A stretch of 64,000 nt of DNA from a virus. The DNA lies in the IMG/VR virus record IMGVR_UViG_3300005529_000001, positions 80,882 through 144,881 of that record. One strand, written 5' to 3'. A program made the translations under genes and the position numbers. Under the pieces are notes generated by a model that worked only from the letters and a program-made list of their open reading frames with translations, had not been told where the DNA came from and searched no databases. Shown here piece by piece: positions 15,477 through 23,781 of this stretch. Numbering within the stretch: the first letter of the stretch is position 1; each line of letters opens with the position of its first letter.

Positions 15477-15715
15477 AGCAACGTCTCAAAGAACGATATG
15501 CTCTGCCAACCGAGCTTCATCCCGCAGAGGATCAACGCTTGCTTTGATTTCCACATCACTGGTTCAGTGAGTGCTAGCACGATACAGTGATTGTTGGGTT
15601 TGACCCAACCGACAACTTTCGCTCCGCTGCCATCAAGCTGCCACTCACGGATGTTCCACAGCGCAACGGAAGCACCGCCAGTCGCTTTTATCTTGATCAT
15701 GTCGCCAGGCTTCAT
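15473..15715 (-). CDS. family A small protein (MKPGDMIKI...CIVLAL...KLGW)
   Basis: ORF track plus motifs; ATGA coupling. Confidence 0.6.
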   Translation of the reverse strand: MKPGDMIKIKATGGASVALWNIREWQLDGSGAKVVGWVKPNNHCIVLALTEPVMWKSKQALILCGMKLGWQSISFFETLL

Positions 15716-15957
15716 CGGATCAGCTCAACATGTCGAAAACGGATCGCAGCCGCCCAACCTAGCTTTATGCCAAATAGGACTAGCACTTCCGGGAACCTAT
15801 TGTCAGCCTCAGCATCACAAGCAAGCTCACGAGCGATGATAAGTCCTACTTCGGTGCACTTGGCGATACCCGCGGGTTCACGACGAACATCAATGGGTTG
15901 CTTTGACAACACGACGTGCGAAGCACCCTTTGTCATGACAAGGTCACCCGGACGCAT
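15712..15957 (-). CDS. family A small protein (MRPGDLVMT...VGLIIAR...KLGW)
   Basis: ORF track plus motifs. Confidence 0.6.
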   Translation of the reverse strand: MRPGDLVMTKGASHVVLSKQPIDVRREPAGIAKCTEVGLIIARELACDAEADNRFPEVLVLFGIKLGWAAAIRFRHVELIR

Positions 15958-16204
15958 GTGACCTCAAGACACTGTGATCAGTTATCCATCGGATTTGATC
16001 ATCAACGATGATGCCATACATGTCATTGTTGTTCCAGAAATCATCTGGAGATTGGGATTTCACGCATGCAAAAACAAGGACCAGCTTGTTGCCACGAGCA
16101 AATGACCATGCTGGACCGTTCATGGTTGACGGGTTTGGGTTTGGTCCGTGCCACAATGTCGCCGTGTCCTGTATCTCAAGCATGTCACCGGGTTTTCTTC
16201 TCAT
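15944..16204 (-). CDS. family A-like small protein (MRRKPGDMLEI...LVLVFAC...IRW)
   Basis: trimmed to ATG 16204 (ATGA with upstream stop). Confidence 0.5.
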   Translation of the reverse strand: MRRKPGDMLEIQDTATLWHGPNPNPSTMNGPAWSFARGNKLVLVFACVKSQSPDDFWNNNDMYGIIVDDQIRWITDHSVLRSHASG

Positions 16205-16452
16205 GTTTCGAACGCCCTTAGCATGGTCCAACCAAAAGTTGTCCCGCACATGACCATGCACTCGTCACCGACCAAGGCAATGCAAAGAGCGACGTCTGTC
16301 CGTCTGACCTTACCAACGATCCGATCATTGAGGTGCATGTCACCCGCAGAGTTTGCTTTAGAATTTTGCCATGGCATCAACCACAGGTCAACGCCATCTC
16401 GATCAACGACCGTGAGAAGGTCGCCGGGTTTCAAGTTATCCTCCTCAACCAA
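16201..16452 (-). CDS. family A small protein (LKPGDLLTV...VALCIAL...TFGW)
   Basis: ORF track plus motifs. Confidence 0.55.
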   Translation of the reverse strand: MVEEDNLKPGDLLTVVDRDGVDLWLMPWQNSKANSAGDMHLNDRIVGKVRRTDVALCIALVGDECMVMCGTTFGWTMLRAFET

Positions 16453-16709
16453 CTACTGGGTATCCAACACAGGGTGGGTCCAATTGTCAATAGCAAACAC
16501 CAAGTCCAATTGGATCCCTTCTTGGGTTGAAACTCTTGTGTTGTTGCAATGATCAGTGCTAACTGATCGTACTCCAACACAACAGTCCCATTAATGGTGT
16601 GGTTGGTGGAATCGAGCTGACATTCAGAGGGATGGGTCCATGCGTACTTGTAAAGGGTCCTACACAAGTCACCAGGCCAATCTCCCCACATGTCAAGACG
16701 TGCTGTCAT
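16431..16709 (-). CDS. family A-like small protein, degenerate (WPGDLCRT...LALIIAT...TLCW)
   Basis: ORF track; motifs partly degraded. Confidence 0.45.
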   Translation of the reverse strand: MTARLDMWGDWPGDLCRTLYKYAWTHPSECQLDSTNHTINGTVVLEYDQLALIIATTQEFQPKKGSNWTWCLLLTIGPTLCWIPSSWLRRIT

Positions 16710-16990
16710 GCGTATTCCTGTTCGGGCTTCTCTACGCCCGCAGGCTGCCAGAACAGCCGGTGTGTCCAGCCCAACCTGCAGTTGGGACCCAACACCAGCA
16801 TGACGCTGTCATCGCCAGCCGCGAAGCAGATCATCAAGCATGACATCTGGAACGGGACCTCACCGACGATGTCATTGGCGTTGTCAGCCTCACCCGCATC
16901 TTCGGTCTTGTAGAGCTTGACGCCCGGGTGCAGCATGGGCCAGACAAGGTCGCCTGGCCTGATCTTTGCCCATACCAGCCGCGGGCACAT
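16706..16990 (-). CDS. family A small protein (IRPGDLVWP...RLGW)
   Basis: ORF track plus motifs; ATGA coupling. Confidence 0.55.
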   Translation of the reverse strand: MCPRLVWAKIRPGDLVWPMLHPGVKLYKTEDAGEADNANDIVGEVPFQMSCLMICFAAGDDSVMLVLGPNCRLGWTHRLFWQPAGVEKPEQEYA

Positions 16991-17229
16991 CAGCGTGCCC
17001 TCGGTTCTTCAAGCCGATCTACGTAAGTCCAACCCAGCATGTTGGGACCCAGGACCAGGCACTCTGTTTTCATGCTGTGGCCCACGATAGCACAGATGAG
17101 AACGATTGCATCTTCTGGGACAATGCCTGCGTCGATCGTGTCAAGCGTCAGGTTCTCCGGCGTCGCATTGATCTTCGTCAACATGCGGGGCTTGCCGAGC
17201 TTGACCACGGCCAGGTCACCAGGCTTCAT
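16990..17229 (-). CDS. family A small protein (MKPGDLAVV...IVLICAI...MLGW)
   Basis: ORF track plus motifs; last member of the tandem array. Confidence 0.6.
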   Translation of the reverse strand: MKPGDLAVVKLGKPRMLTKINATPENLTLDTIDAGIVPEDAIVLICAIVGHSMKTECLVLGPNMLGWTYVDRLEEPRAR

Positions 17230-17453
17230 TCGTCAAACTCCACATTGAAGACATCTTGACAGTTGTTGCATCGCCGCATCCAGCCCGTCGGACGGTTTTT
17301 CACGTCGAACATCCTGACTCGTTTGATATGCTTGCTACCACAGCATGGGCACGCTGACAACACGGGGACGTCCTTCTTGGTCCCTCGTTCCCGCCCACGG
17401 TGAGCCCACCAGAGCGCCCACACGGTGATGGCCATGGCAACCGCAGCCCGCAT
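17226..17453 (-). CDS. small membrane protein with C-terminal Zn ribbon (CPCCGS...CNNC), 75 aa
   Basis: trimmed to ATG 17453; hydrophobic AVAMAITVWALWWA followed by a 4-Cys ribbon. Confidence 0.45.
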   Translation of the reverse strand: MRAAVAMAITVWALWWAHRGRERGTKKDVPVLSACPCCGSKHIKRVRMFDVKNRPTGWMRRCNNCQDVFNVEFDE

Positions 17454-17454
17454 G

Positions 17455-17721
17455 TCAGCATTCCCAGAGGAGCCAGTGCCAGGCTCGACCGACCAAACCT
17501 CGAGGCCAGTGACGGCGCTCGTAGTGACCGTTAAGTTCGTCTTCAAGCTGCTGGACCTGGTTGCGCAGGCCCTCGATGATGTTGAGCCTGACAGAAGCCA
17601 CGTGACGAAGCTGACACACCTCGTGAGCCCAACCCTCTTTCAGGTTCCCGCCTGTCCGCACAGCGATGCTGGAGACTGTGTCGACCGGGTTACCGCAAAG
17701 GGTGCATGCTTCGTACTTCAT
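17455..17721 (-). CDS. Zn-ribbon (CTLCGN...WAHEVC) plus coiled-coil protein (88 aa)
   Basis: trimmed to ATG 17721; architecture shared with 12945..13250. Confidence 0.45.
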   Translation of the reverse strand: MKYEACTLCGNPVDTVSSIAVRTGGNLKEGWAHEVCQLRHVASVRLNIIEGLRNQVQQLEDELNGHYERRHWPRGLVGRAWHWLLWEC

Positions 17722-17728
17722 CGTTTGC

Positions 17729-18256
17729 TCACTCGTATACATCGCACAAGAAAGCAAAGAGAGATTGGGCATCTCTTGCTCTCAAGGCTGGAACCCAGAT
17801 GTAGTTGCCCTTATTCTCACCCACGTTTGGATTACGGGCTTCCTTGCCCGTTGTCCAACCCAGGAAGTAACAGGTCTGTGTTGCTTCGTCAGTGACCGTC
17901 TGGGTAGTGATGACGTTGTCTGGTGACTTCACCGAGACCTGGATACCAAGCTTGTTACAAGCATCGGCTGCGGTCCCGTACGATGGATCATTGACTTTAT
18001 CCTTGTGATCGATACACAAGAAGTCAATGGACGCAAACCGATCGCGCATGGACCACATCCGTTCGACGCAATCACGAAACGCCTGGCCCCGAGCCTTGAA
18101 AACGTTGTCGTCGATCCAACGAGCCATCGCCAGCTGCGCGCGGCCACCCGTCAACGCGTTACGCATCTCTTCGGGAGTACGTTGTCCCCTAAACGATTTT
18201 GCCCAGGCTTCGGCGTGGTGCTCATCGCTAGGGAGGTACCTGAACTGACAGACCAT
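17729..18256 (-). CDS. hypothetical protein (175 aa)
   Basis: ORF track; protein-like composition; no motif recognised. Confidence 0.45.
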   Translation of the reverse strand: MVCQFRYLPSDEHHAEAWAKSFRGQRTPEEMRNALTGGRAQLAMARWIDDNVFKARGQAFRDCVERMWSMRDRFASIDFLCIDHKDKVNDPSYGTAADACNKLGIQVSVKSPDNVITTQTVTDEATQTCYFLGWTTGKEARNPNVGENKGNYIWVPALRARDAQSLFAFLCDVYE

Positions 18257-18299
18257 GCCCTAACACTATTCCACGTCATGGGCTAGTTCACCTGAGTTT

Positions 18300-18566
18300 T
18301 CAGGAACGTGTGCCCCCACGTCGCTCCATGACTCGGTTGTAAGCCATGAGCCCATGGATGTTGTTTCGGAACGCTATCGTGTTGACGATCAGGGTGAAGA
18401 CGACCACCGGCACGAAGATAAGGCCATACGCTAGGTGGTGTGCGAACCAGTTGACGATGCCGAGAAAGCAGAACAAGAAACTCATGCAGTTGACAGCGAT
18501 CAACAGCTTGTATTGCTTGTCACGCGTCATGGCGGTGACCCCTGCCCCTGCCTTCAGAGAACCCAT
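18300..18566 (-). CDS. membrane protein (2 predicted TM helices)
   Basis: trimmed to ATG 18566; hydrophobic LLIAVNCMSFLFCFLGIV and LIFVPVVVFTLIV. Confidence 0.4.
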   Translation of the reverse strand: MGSLKAGAGVTAMTRDKQYKLLIAVNCMSFLFCFLGIVNWFAHHLAYGLIFVPVVVFTLIVNTIAFRNNIHGLMAYNRVMERRGGTRS

Positions 18567-18690
18567 AGCTGAATCCTTTCCTAGTACCTTCGTTGTGGCC
18601 TCGCTCGTAGCCACGAGCGTAGGCAATGAGTCCCGTCACCGCGGAACACACGAATGCCGTCAGCAACAACACGATGTACGGGTGTCCCAT
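18520..18690 (-). CDS. small membrane protein (56 aa)
   Basis: ATG 18690 forms ATGA with the SET-gene stop; TM segment IVLLLTAFVCSAVTGLIAYA. Confidence 0.35.
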   Translation of the reverse strand: MGHPYIVLLLTAFVCSAVTGLIAYARGYERGHNEGTRKGFSYGFSEGRGRGHRHDA

Positions 18691-19052
18691 CAGCCGCCCC
18701 GAGCTTTGCGAGCTTTCTCGCCTTTCAGGAAATCTGGGTTGTCGCTGTAGCTGATGAACAGCTCGTCGCCAGACAGGACCAGCTGGTTGGTTGTGAACAT
18801 GATGCACCGACGTTTCTTGTCAAGCCACCAGTCAACATTGGGGGTGTCGCTGTGGTTGAAGAACAACGAAACGCCGCTAGCGATAGCACAGTTCCGCTTG
18901 TCCCATTCGTAACAGTAGTGGCACATGATGCCCTTGATATCACGGTTAGGGATCACGATGACGTGAGCCCACTCCACCAGCGCGCCTGGACCGATAGTCC
19001 GGCCAGCGAAAACGCCTCGTCCCCTGCCTGGAGCTTTATCGATGTAGACCAT
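18690..19052 (-). CDS. SET-domain protein-lysine methyltransferase (minimal viral-type SET, 120 aa)
   Basis: GRGVFA Gly-rich motif, FFNHSDTPNV (NHSC-type motif) and ELFISYS (ELxxxY) in the canonical order; trimmed to ATG 19052 (ATGA overlap with upstream gene). Confidence 0.65.
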   Translation of the reverse strand: MVYIDKAPGRGRGVFAGRTIGPGALVEWAHVIVIPNRDIKGIMCHYCYEWDKRNCAIASGVSLFFNHSDTPNVDWWLDKKRRCIMFTTNQLVLSGDELFISYSDNPDFLKGEKARKARGG

Positions 19053-19333
19053 TAACGTCCCTTGTCTAGCTTCTCGTAGGCCGCCCAACCTGCCTTAAAA
19101 CCAACCACGATGCCCTGCACTTCTCGCATCTTTGCATCGTAGGACATTCTCGGCCCGGGCTGGAGCTCGCTGACGCAATCAGTGACGGCGTAGATCTTGA
19201 CAGTGTCACCGACCATCTTCAGCTCGATCGAGACAAACGAGCCCTGCTTAGATCGGAGAGTATCGTAGAGTGCAAATGCGATGTCCCTGTCGCTGGAAAC
19301 AGCCTCGACTAGCAGGATTTCCTTGTCACTCAT
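19052..19333 (-). CDS. hypothetical protein (93 aa)
   Basis: ORF track. Confidence 0.45.
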   Translation of the reverse strand: MSDKEILLVEAVSSDRDIAFALYDTLRSKQGSFVSIELKMVGDTVKIYAVTDCVSELQPGPRMSYDAKMREVQGIVVGFKAGWAAYEKLDKGR

Positions 19334-19334
19334 G

Positions 19335-19363
19335 TGTCCACCTTATCACCGGGACGGTACGGT
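19335..19363 (+). promoter_or_regulatory. sigma70-like promoter (TGTCCA-17bp-TACGGT), leaderless start at 19370
   Basis: TGTCCA CCTTATCACCGGGACGG TACGGT TTGCAC ATG. Confidence 0.4.
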
Positions 19364-19369
19364 TTGCAC

Positions 19370-19654
19370 ATGACATTGTTGCCAGGCGACCTGGTGATTC
19401 GTAGCGTGTCACCCAGGCTTGACACTCCGCCACGAGTTCACCTGGAGCCCGTGCCCGACAACATGACACGTAAACATGTCATCGAGTTCAAACGCGATGA
19501 ACCCGCGCTGGTCATCGCGGTGAGCTGGGTCCAGCTAGCTGAACAATTCGGTGGTGAATATTCGTTGTTACTCTACAAGCACCGCATCGGCTGGTGCTTG
19601 AGTGGGGAGTGTGAGCTGCTCAGCGATGACCCTGCAACTCGTCGAGACGATTGA
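19370..19654 (+). CDS. family A small protein on plus strand (MTLLPGDLVIRS...PALVIAV...RIGW)
   Basis: in-frame ATG 19370 inside track ORF 19334..19654; family motifs. Confidence 0.55.
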   Translation: MTLLPGDLVIRSVSPRLDTPPRVHLEPVPDNMTRKHVIEFKRDEPALVIAVSWVQLAEQFGGEYSLLLYKHRIGWCLSGECELLSDDPATRRDD

Positions 19655-19877
19655 CAAGGGTGCGTTCTAACGCTTCGAGCGCAAGCACCTCATTGCGAGT
19701 CTTGTCAAGGAGTTGCTGCACTTCACCGAGGCGGTGGCGGTAATGCTCAACATCAGCGTTCGCTCGCTTGGATTTCTTGGCTGGTTTCTTCAGGATCTCG
19801 GCACGTGCCTTGGGTTTCCGACCCAGGTCGGGTCCATCAGTGATGCGGATCGGGTGATTTTTCTTCTTGGTAGCCAT
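19620..19877 (-). CDS. basic Lys-rich protein with C-terminal coiled coil (85 aa), possible DNA-binding protein
   Basis: ORF track; KKKNHPIRITDGPDLGRKPKARAEILKKPAKKSKR. Confidence 0.45.
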   Translation of the reverse strand: MATKKKNHPIRITDGPDLGRKPKARAEILKKPAKKSKRANADVEHYRHRLGEVQQLLDKTRNEVLALEALERTLVNRLDELQGHR

Positions 19878-19886
19878 CTCTGAACT

Positions 19887-20765
19887 CTACTTCTTCTTGG
19901 GTCGGTTGGGATTCTTGTAGTCGTACCCGGCGGCAAAGTACACGTTACGGGCACCCACGTTGCTTAGCGCTTTGCGGAGATTGACGAAGGTGAAACCAGT
20001 GTCAACGTTGTCATCAATGACCAACACGTTCTTGCCACGAAGCGAACCAGCTTCGTCGGTAGTGTCATGGAGGTGAAGGAACTTGCGCCATGAGTGCGGC
20101 ACGCCTTTCATCTCAGGCTCTACGTTTGGATTCTTTTTCCAGATAGCAAGCTGTTTGTCGAGAAGCTTTTGTGTCTTGATGACCTCAGCAGGATTCGTTT
20201 CAGCGACGTAAGCATCCCATGCCTCTGGGTCGACCTCCATGTCTCCCGCGCTTCTCTTACGAGTCGCACCGAGCAGGACCTGTGCAAGCGGCTCGCCATG
20301 TTCGGCATGCAGGAGATCAGCAACATGTTCTGATAACTCCCACGCCATGGTGCTGTTCGACGAGACAGGGATGATAACATCGATGTCATCGTCATTGAAA
20401 CGTCGAGCAATGCGGGCGGCGATCCTCCTGTACGCAATGGCCTGGTCTTGCGGCCTTGTCTTCAGGACAACGTCGCCTGCTTGGACAGACGTCTGCTTGA
20501 GCAGCTTCATCACGTCACGCGGAGTGAACTTGTGTTTCTGTGCCAGGTCGGCGAGAGAAGACTCGTAACCAGGACCCGACCCAAAAGCTTTCCTGGGCAT
20601 GAAGGCAACGAAATAGTCAGTGCCCTTCACTTCCCTATTACTGCTTCCCTGGGGCAGCTCGCTGGGAGACACCATGCTCAAGGTCAATGCATCAGATGGC
20701 AACGTCAGAGAGCCATCGAACGCCTCGAGCAGGATCAGTCGCAGGTCACCCAGAGTCAGCTGCAC
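19887..20765 (-). CDS. phosphoribosyltransferase-domain protein (292 aa)
   Basis: C-terminal NVLVIDDNVDTGFTF matches the type-I PRTase PRPP-binding loop (hydrophobic x4, DD, xxTG); long N-terminal region with no recognised homology. Confidence 0.5.
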   Translation of the reverse strand: MQLTLGDLRLILLEAFDGSLTLPSDALTLSMVSPSELPQGSSNREVKGTDYFVAFMPRKAFGSGPGYESSLADLAQKHKFTPRDVMKLLKQTSVQAGDVVLKTRPQDQAIAYRRIAARIARRFNDDDIDVIIPVSSNSTMAWELSEHVADLLHAEHGEPLAQVLLGATRKRSAGDMEVDPEAWDAYVAETNPAEVIKTQKLLDKQLAIWKKNPNVEPEMKGVPHSWRKFLHLHDTTDEAGSLRGKNVLVIDDNVDTGFTFVNLRKALSNVGARNVYFAAGYDYKNPNRPKKK

Positions 20766-20790
20766 CAGTTAAATACCGCTCTTTTGTCTG

Positions 20791-21543
20791 TTACACGTAC
20801 CCGAGCGCTGCATCACAGGCTCTGTAAAAATCGTCAGAGAACGATGTACGACGGAACTCATGCTTACGACTCTTTCCCTGGTGCACGACAAAGACCTCGT
20901 CGTAGTACCACCACTCTTCGTATGACCGCCCGACCAGCTTGGGCACGTTAACGTTGGGCAACGCCATCGACGACAAGCCATGCTCGTAAAGGAACAACGG
21001 GAAGTTCCAGCAGGTGTCCGTCAGCAGCTGGTAATCTGTGGGAAGGCCAAACGTGTCTGATTGTTCTGGGGAGGTGATGGTGAAGTTGTCAACGAGTTGC
21101 TTGTTCCCAACCGAGTACTGAGACCAGGGGATGCCTGGTTTCAAAGCTAGCCACTGGACGTTTGGCTTCCCCTTGTACGTCTGCAGCTTCTGTGACCGAG
21201 AGAAGCGACAGCCTATGTCTTGGTACGCTGTCCCAAAACAGTCAATCTCGTCAAGGATTCGAGACACCAGCTCGTCCCACCCCTGTTTGACGACAACCGT
21301 GTCTGAATCACAGATGACATGCACTGCATCAGGACGGTGTTCAGTCGCTTTGAATGCCAGCTCGCACGCCAAACTGTGGCGTCTTGCAGCGTTAGCAGTG
21401 CCCTGGTAGAACGAGTCGGGCTGCACTCGCACCCGCTCAAATTCAAGCTGGTCGGGCTGGGATGCCAGCTTTGTCATCGCCGCCTGGGCGTAGTCAGCGT
21501 ACCTGAACGTCGCTGGGTCCTGCATGATGTGAACGTAGATCAC
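20791..21543 (-). CDS. hypothetical protein (250 aa), possibly nucleotide-sugar transferase-like (DSD motif)
   Basis: ORF track; protein-like composition; weak resemblance only. Confidence 0.4.
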   Translation of the reverse strand: MIYVHIMQDPATFRYADYAQAAMTKLASQPDQLEFERVRVQPDSFYQGTANAARRHSLACELAFKATEHRPDAVHVICDSDTVVVKQGWDELVSRILDEIDCFGTAYQDIGCRFSRSQKLQTYKGKPNVQWLALKPGIPWSQYSVGNKQLVDNFTITSPEQSDTFGLPTDYQLLTDTCWNFPLFLYEHGLSSMALPNVNVPKLVGRSYEEWWYYDEVFVVHQGKSRKHEFRRTSFSDDFYRACDAALGYV

Positions 21544-21782
21544 GGCACCCTGCCCCTGAGCGTGATCATTACTCCACCCGCGCCGAGGTAGTCACCCTGG
21601 AGGGGTTCGATACAGACGACCAGCTTCCCGTTGTCGTCCCAAGGCCAACAACAACGTGTCCCCTTGCATGACAGGGTGTGCCCGCCGACCTGGGATTGGA
21701 CGACTGGGAAGCCGTCAACTGCTGGGACAGCCGAGCACGCAACGACCAGCAACAACGCTAACGCTACGAACCACTTCCACAC
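21540..21782 (-). CDS. putative lipoprotein (80 aa; signal peptide plus lipobox LVVAC)
   Basis: MWKWFVALALLLVVAC|S, typical of bacterial lipoprotein signal peptides. Confidence 0.45.
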   Translation of the reverse strand: MWKWFVALALLLVVACSAVPAVDGFPVVQSQVGGHTLSCKGTRCCWPWDDNGKLVVCIEPLQGDYLGAGGVMITLRGRVP

Positions 21783-22007
21783 TCATGTACGTATCATCAC
21801 CTTGGTGTCGCCGTAGGCAAACGCGAGCCCGTGGTCACGTGTCTTGAGTGCCCACCTGTCACGTTTGGGGTCATAGACGTGGGGCTTGCCCGCGACGATG
21901 TGCCAGATCCCGATGTCGGGCCGCAGCGAGAACACGTCACCCCATTTCAACTCAGAGAATTTCACGATTGTTTCAACGAAAGGGCGGTCCTGTGCTTGAG
22001 CTGTCAT
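21783..22007 (-). CDS. hypothetical protein (74 aa)
   Basis: ORF track. Confidence 0.4.
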   Translation of the reverse strand: MTAQAQDRPFVETIVKFSELKWGDVFSLRPDIGIWHIVAGKPHVYDPKRDRWALKTRDHGLAFAYGDTKVMIRT

Positions 22008-22057
22008 TTGACGGGTATATCATAGCCCGATTCGGTCGGGAACCAAATTTGCACCAC

Positions 22058-22120
22058 GGTGACCCGAGGGCTTTTGTGACCCGGGTAAGGGGTGACACTG
22101 TCCCCGGTCGCCGGTCGCTT
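22058..22120. repeat. three GTGAC(C/A)C direct repeats at about 17-bp spacing in a 280-bp divergent intergenic region
   Basis: GGTGACCCGAGGGCTTTTGTGACCCGGGTAAGGGGTGACACTG seen directly; the region separates minus gene 21783..22007 from plus gene 22291..22746. Confidence 0.3.
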
Positions 22121-22290
22121 CGTGGGCCCACGTGGGGGCTTGGGTAACCGGTCACGGGCCGCAAGGACCGAGACAGTTTCGGGGACGTCAGACTGACACT
22201 GGTTGAGTTGATTCGATCTCGAAATAACCAAAGCGTTTGGCCTGGCGCGATGATGAACCTATCGCCGTCAGCATTTTATGGTGTCTTGAC

Positions 22291-22746
22291 ATGCTCAAGG
22301 TCGGGAAGCAATACAAGGCAGATCTTTCGTTGCCTGTGTTCAACAGCAACACGTCGGTACCGCCAAATACCGAGCTCACTGTCATTGCCAAAGACACAGT
22401 CATCGACAAGTCGGGAACGACCTACTGTCTGCAAATGCTCCAGCTCAACAGACCTGAGTGGTTCATGACCGAAACCGGGGGTTTTAATCCACCACCCAGG
22501 ATCATCCCCACTCTCGCTGAGCTCGTTTTCGAGTCCGTCCGTGCATATCCGGACCTGATGCGTGAGGAGTTGTACGACCGCATCATGGAGTGCAACCCTC
22601 GTGCCAAACGCTTTACCATCGACACGATGTCAGGCATGCTCGCAGATGACACTCGCGTCGAGATGTTCAAAGACGGTGTCAAGGTCGACAAGATCGGGCA
22701 CAACGCTCGTTACTGCACTTTCCGTCCCAAGGGTTGGCAACCGTAG
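22291..22746 (+). CDS. hypothetical protein (151 aa)
   Basis: first in-frame ATG of track ORF 22237..22746, whose annotated start is TTG. Confidence 0.45.
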   Translation: MLKVGKQYKADLSLPVFNSNTSVPPNTELTVIAKDTVIDKSGTTYCLQMLQLNRPEWFMTETGGFNPPPRIIPTLAELVFESVRAYPDLMREELYDRIMECNPRAKRFTIDTMSGMLADDTRVEMFKDGVKVDKIGHNARYCTFRPKGWQP

Positions 22747-22887
22747 AGGAAGTGACTATGAACACCAACGAAGCCAAGAAGGAACGTAGCAAGGAACGAG
22801 CGCAGCGCGAGAAGCGCATCGACCACTACGTCAAGAATTACAGCGTCCGTACGCTGGCCGAGATGATCGTCTCGTTGGAGGACCAGC

Positions 22888-23322
22888 ATGGTGTCCCGTC
22901 GGCGATTGACTGAGCTGGGTCGAGCTCTCCGGAAGGAGATGAAGCCCTTCATCAAGAAGCACGAGTCAGACTTCTACGGCAACTTCGGTGGCGCTTGCGG
23001 CGTGATGTCTTACGCCATGTACCAGGTACTGAAACGTCTGGGCCTGAAGCCCGTGTTAGCACTGGCGGGTCCTCAGACCCAGACGTTTCAGCACTGCTGG
23101 GTAGAAGTGGACGGGTTGATCGTGGACCTGACCGCGACCCAATTCGGCTACGACAAAACGGTCCAGGTCACTTCACGGCCCAGCGAATGGCACAAACCCC
23201 TGAAGTACAGGGGTCACCGTGTCATCAACGAGCTCAAGACTTGGCATGACGGGCAGAGCCCGATGAACAACCGCCGTGCAGTCAACGCCGCAGTGAACCG
23301 CGTACTGGAGAGCCATGGCTAG
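22888..23322 (+). CDS. transglutaminase-like Cys-His-Asp peptidase-fold protein (144 aa)
   Basis: GGACGVMSYAMYQVL (catalytic Cys context) followed by HCWVEVDGLIVDLTATQ (His/Asp context), the order typical of the transglutaminase-like core. Confidence 0.45.
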   Translation: MVSRRRLTELGRALRKEMKPFIKKHESDFYGNFGGACGVMSYAMYQVLKRLGLKPVLALAGPQTQTFQHCWVEVDGLIVDLTATQFGYDKTVQVTSRPSEWHKPLKYRGHRVINELKTWHDGQSPMNNRRAVNAAVNRVLESHG

Positions 23323-23575
23323 GAAAGACCTGCGTCAGCGAGCGCTTGACACCAAAGACGGCATTAAACAAGCGAAAGCTGCGGCAACGGCTGCATTGAA
23401 AACCGTTGACGATTCTCAGGCACGAACATTGTTACGTCGTGTCATCGATGACCTGACCATTGCCGCGACGTGCATCGTTATCCCGCTTAAACCGAGAGCG
23501 CCCAAGAAGGAGCCCTATCGTGGTGGCGGCACCTGGCACCCGCCGGGCATGATGCCGGGCGGTCGGTATTGGTGA
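23315..23575 (+). CDS. hypothetical protein (86 aa)
   Basis: ORF track; overlaps upstream stop. Confidence 0.4.
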   Translation: MARKDLRQRALDTKDGIKQAKAAATAALKTVDDSQARTLLRRVIDDLTIAATCIVIPLKPRAPKKEPYRGGGTWHPPGMMPGGRYW

Positions 23576-23781
23576 TGAGACCCGGACCACCCAGGGATCC
23601 CAGTAACGCGAAACAGCCGCTGCCCAACACCTGCAAGATGATGGCGCAGCTAGTCAAGACGGCACGCGGCCGCGGGTGCAGCCTGGAGTACTTACAATCA
23701 CTCCTGAAAGAGGAGTGGGACAGAGCGGTGAAGCCTCGACCTATTCCCGTCGCGGTGGTCTCGAAGTCTGACGCTGGTTGA
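23569..23781 (+). CDS. hypothetical protein (70 aa)
   Basis: ORF track. Confidence 0.35.
   Translation: MVMRPGPPRDPSNAKQPLPNTCKMMAQLVKTARGRGCSLEYLQSLLKEEWDRAVKPRPIPVAVVSKSDAG

Noticed and set aside
5420-17229. Possibility that the repetitive array is a CRISPR array or a diversity-generating retroelement target
   Set aside because: the repeats are at protein-motif level only, with no identical direct nucleotide repeats with unique spacers; no cas genes or reverse transcriptase seen in the window
22759-22914. 51-aa basic ORF with GAGGAAG RBS (MNTNEAKKERSKERAQREKRIDHY...) and 57-aa basic ORF at 45078..45251
   Set aside because: plausible ribosomal-protein-like basic micro-proteins with good RBS or ATGA context, but too short and overlapping other candidate genes to call with confidence
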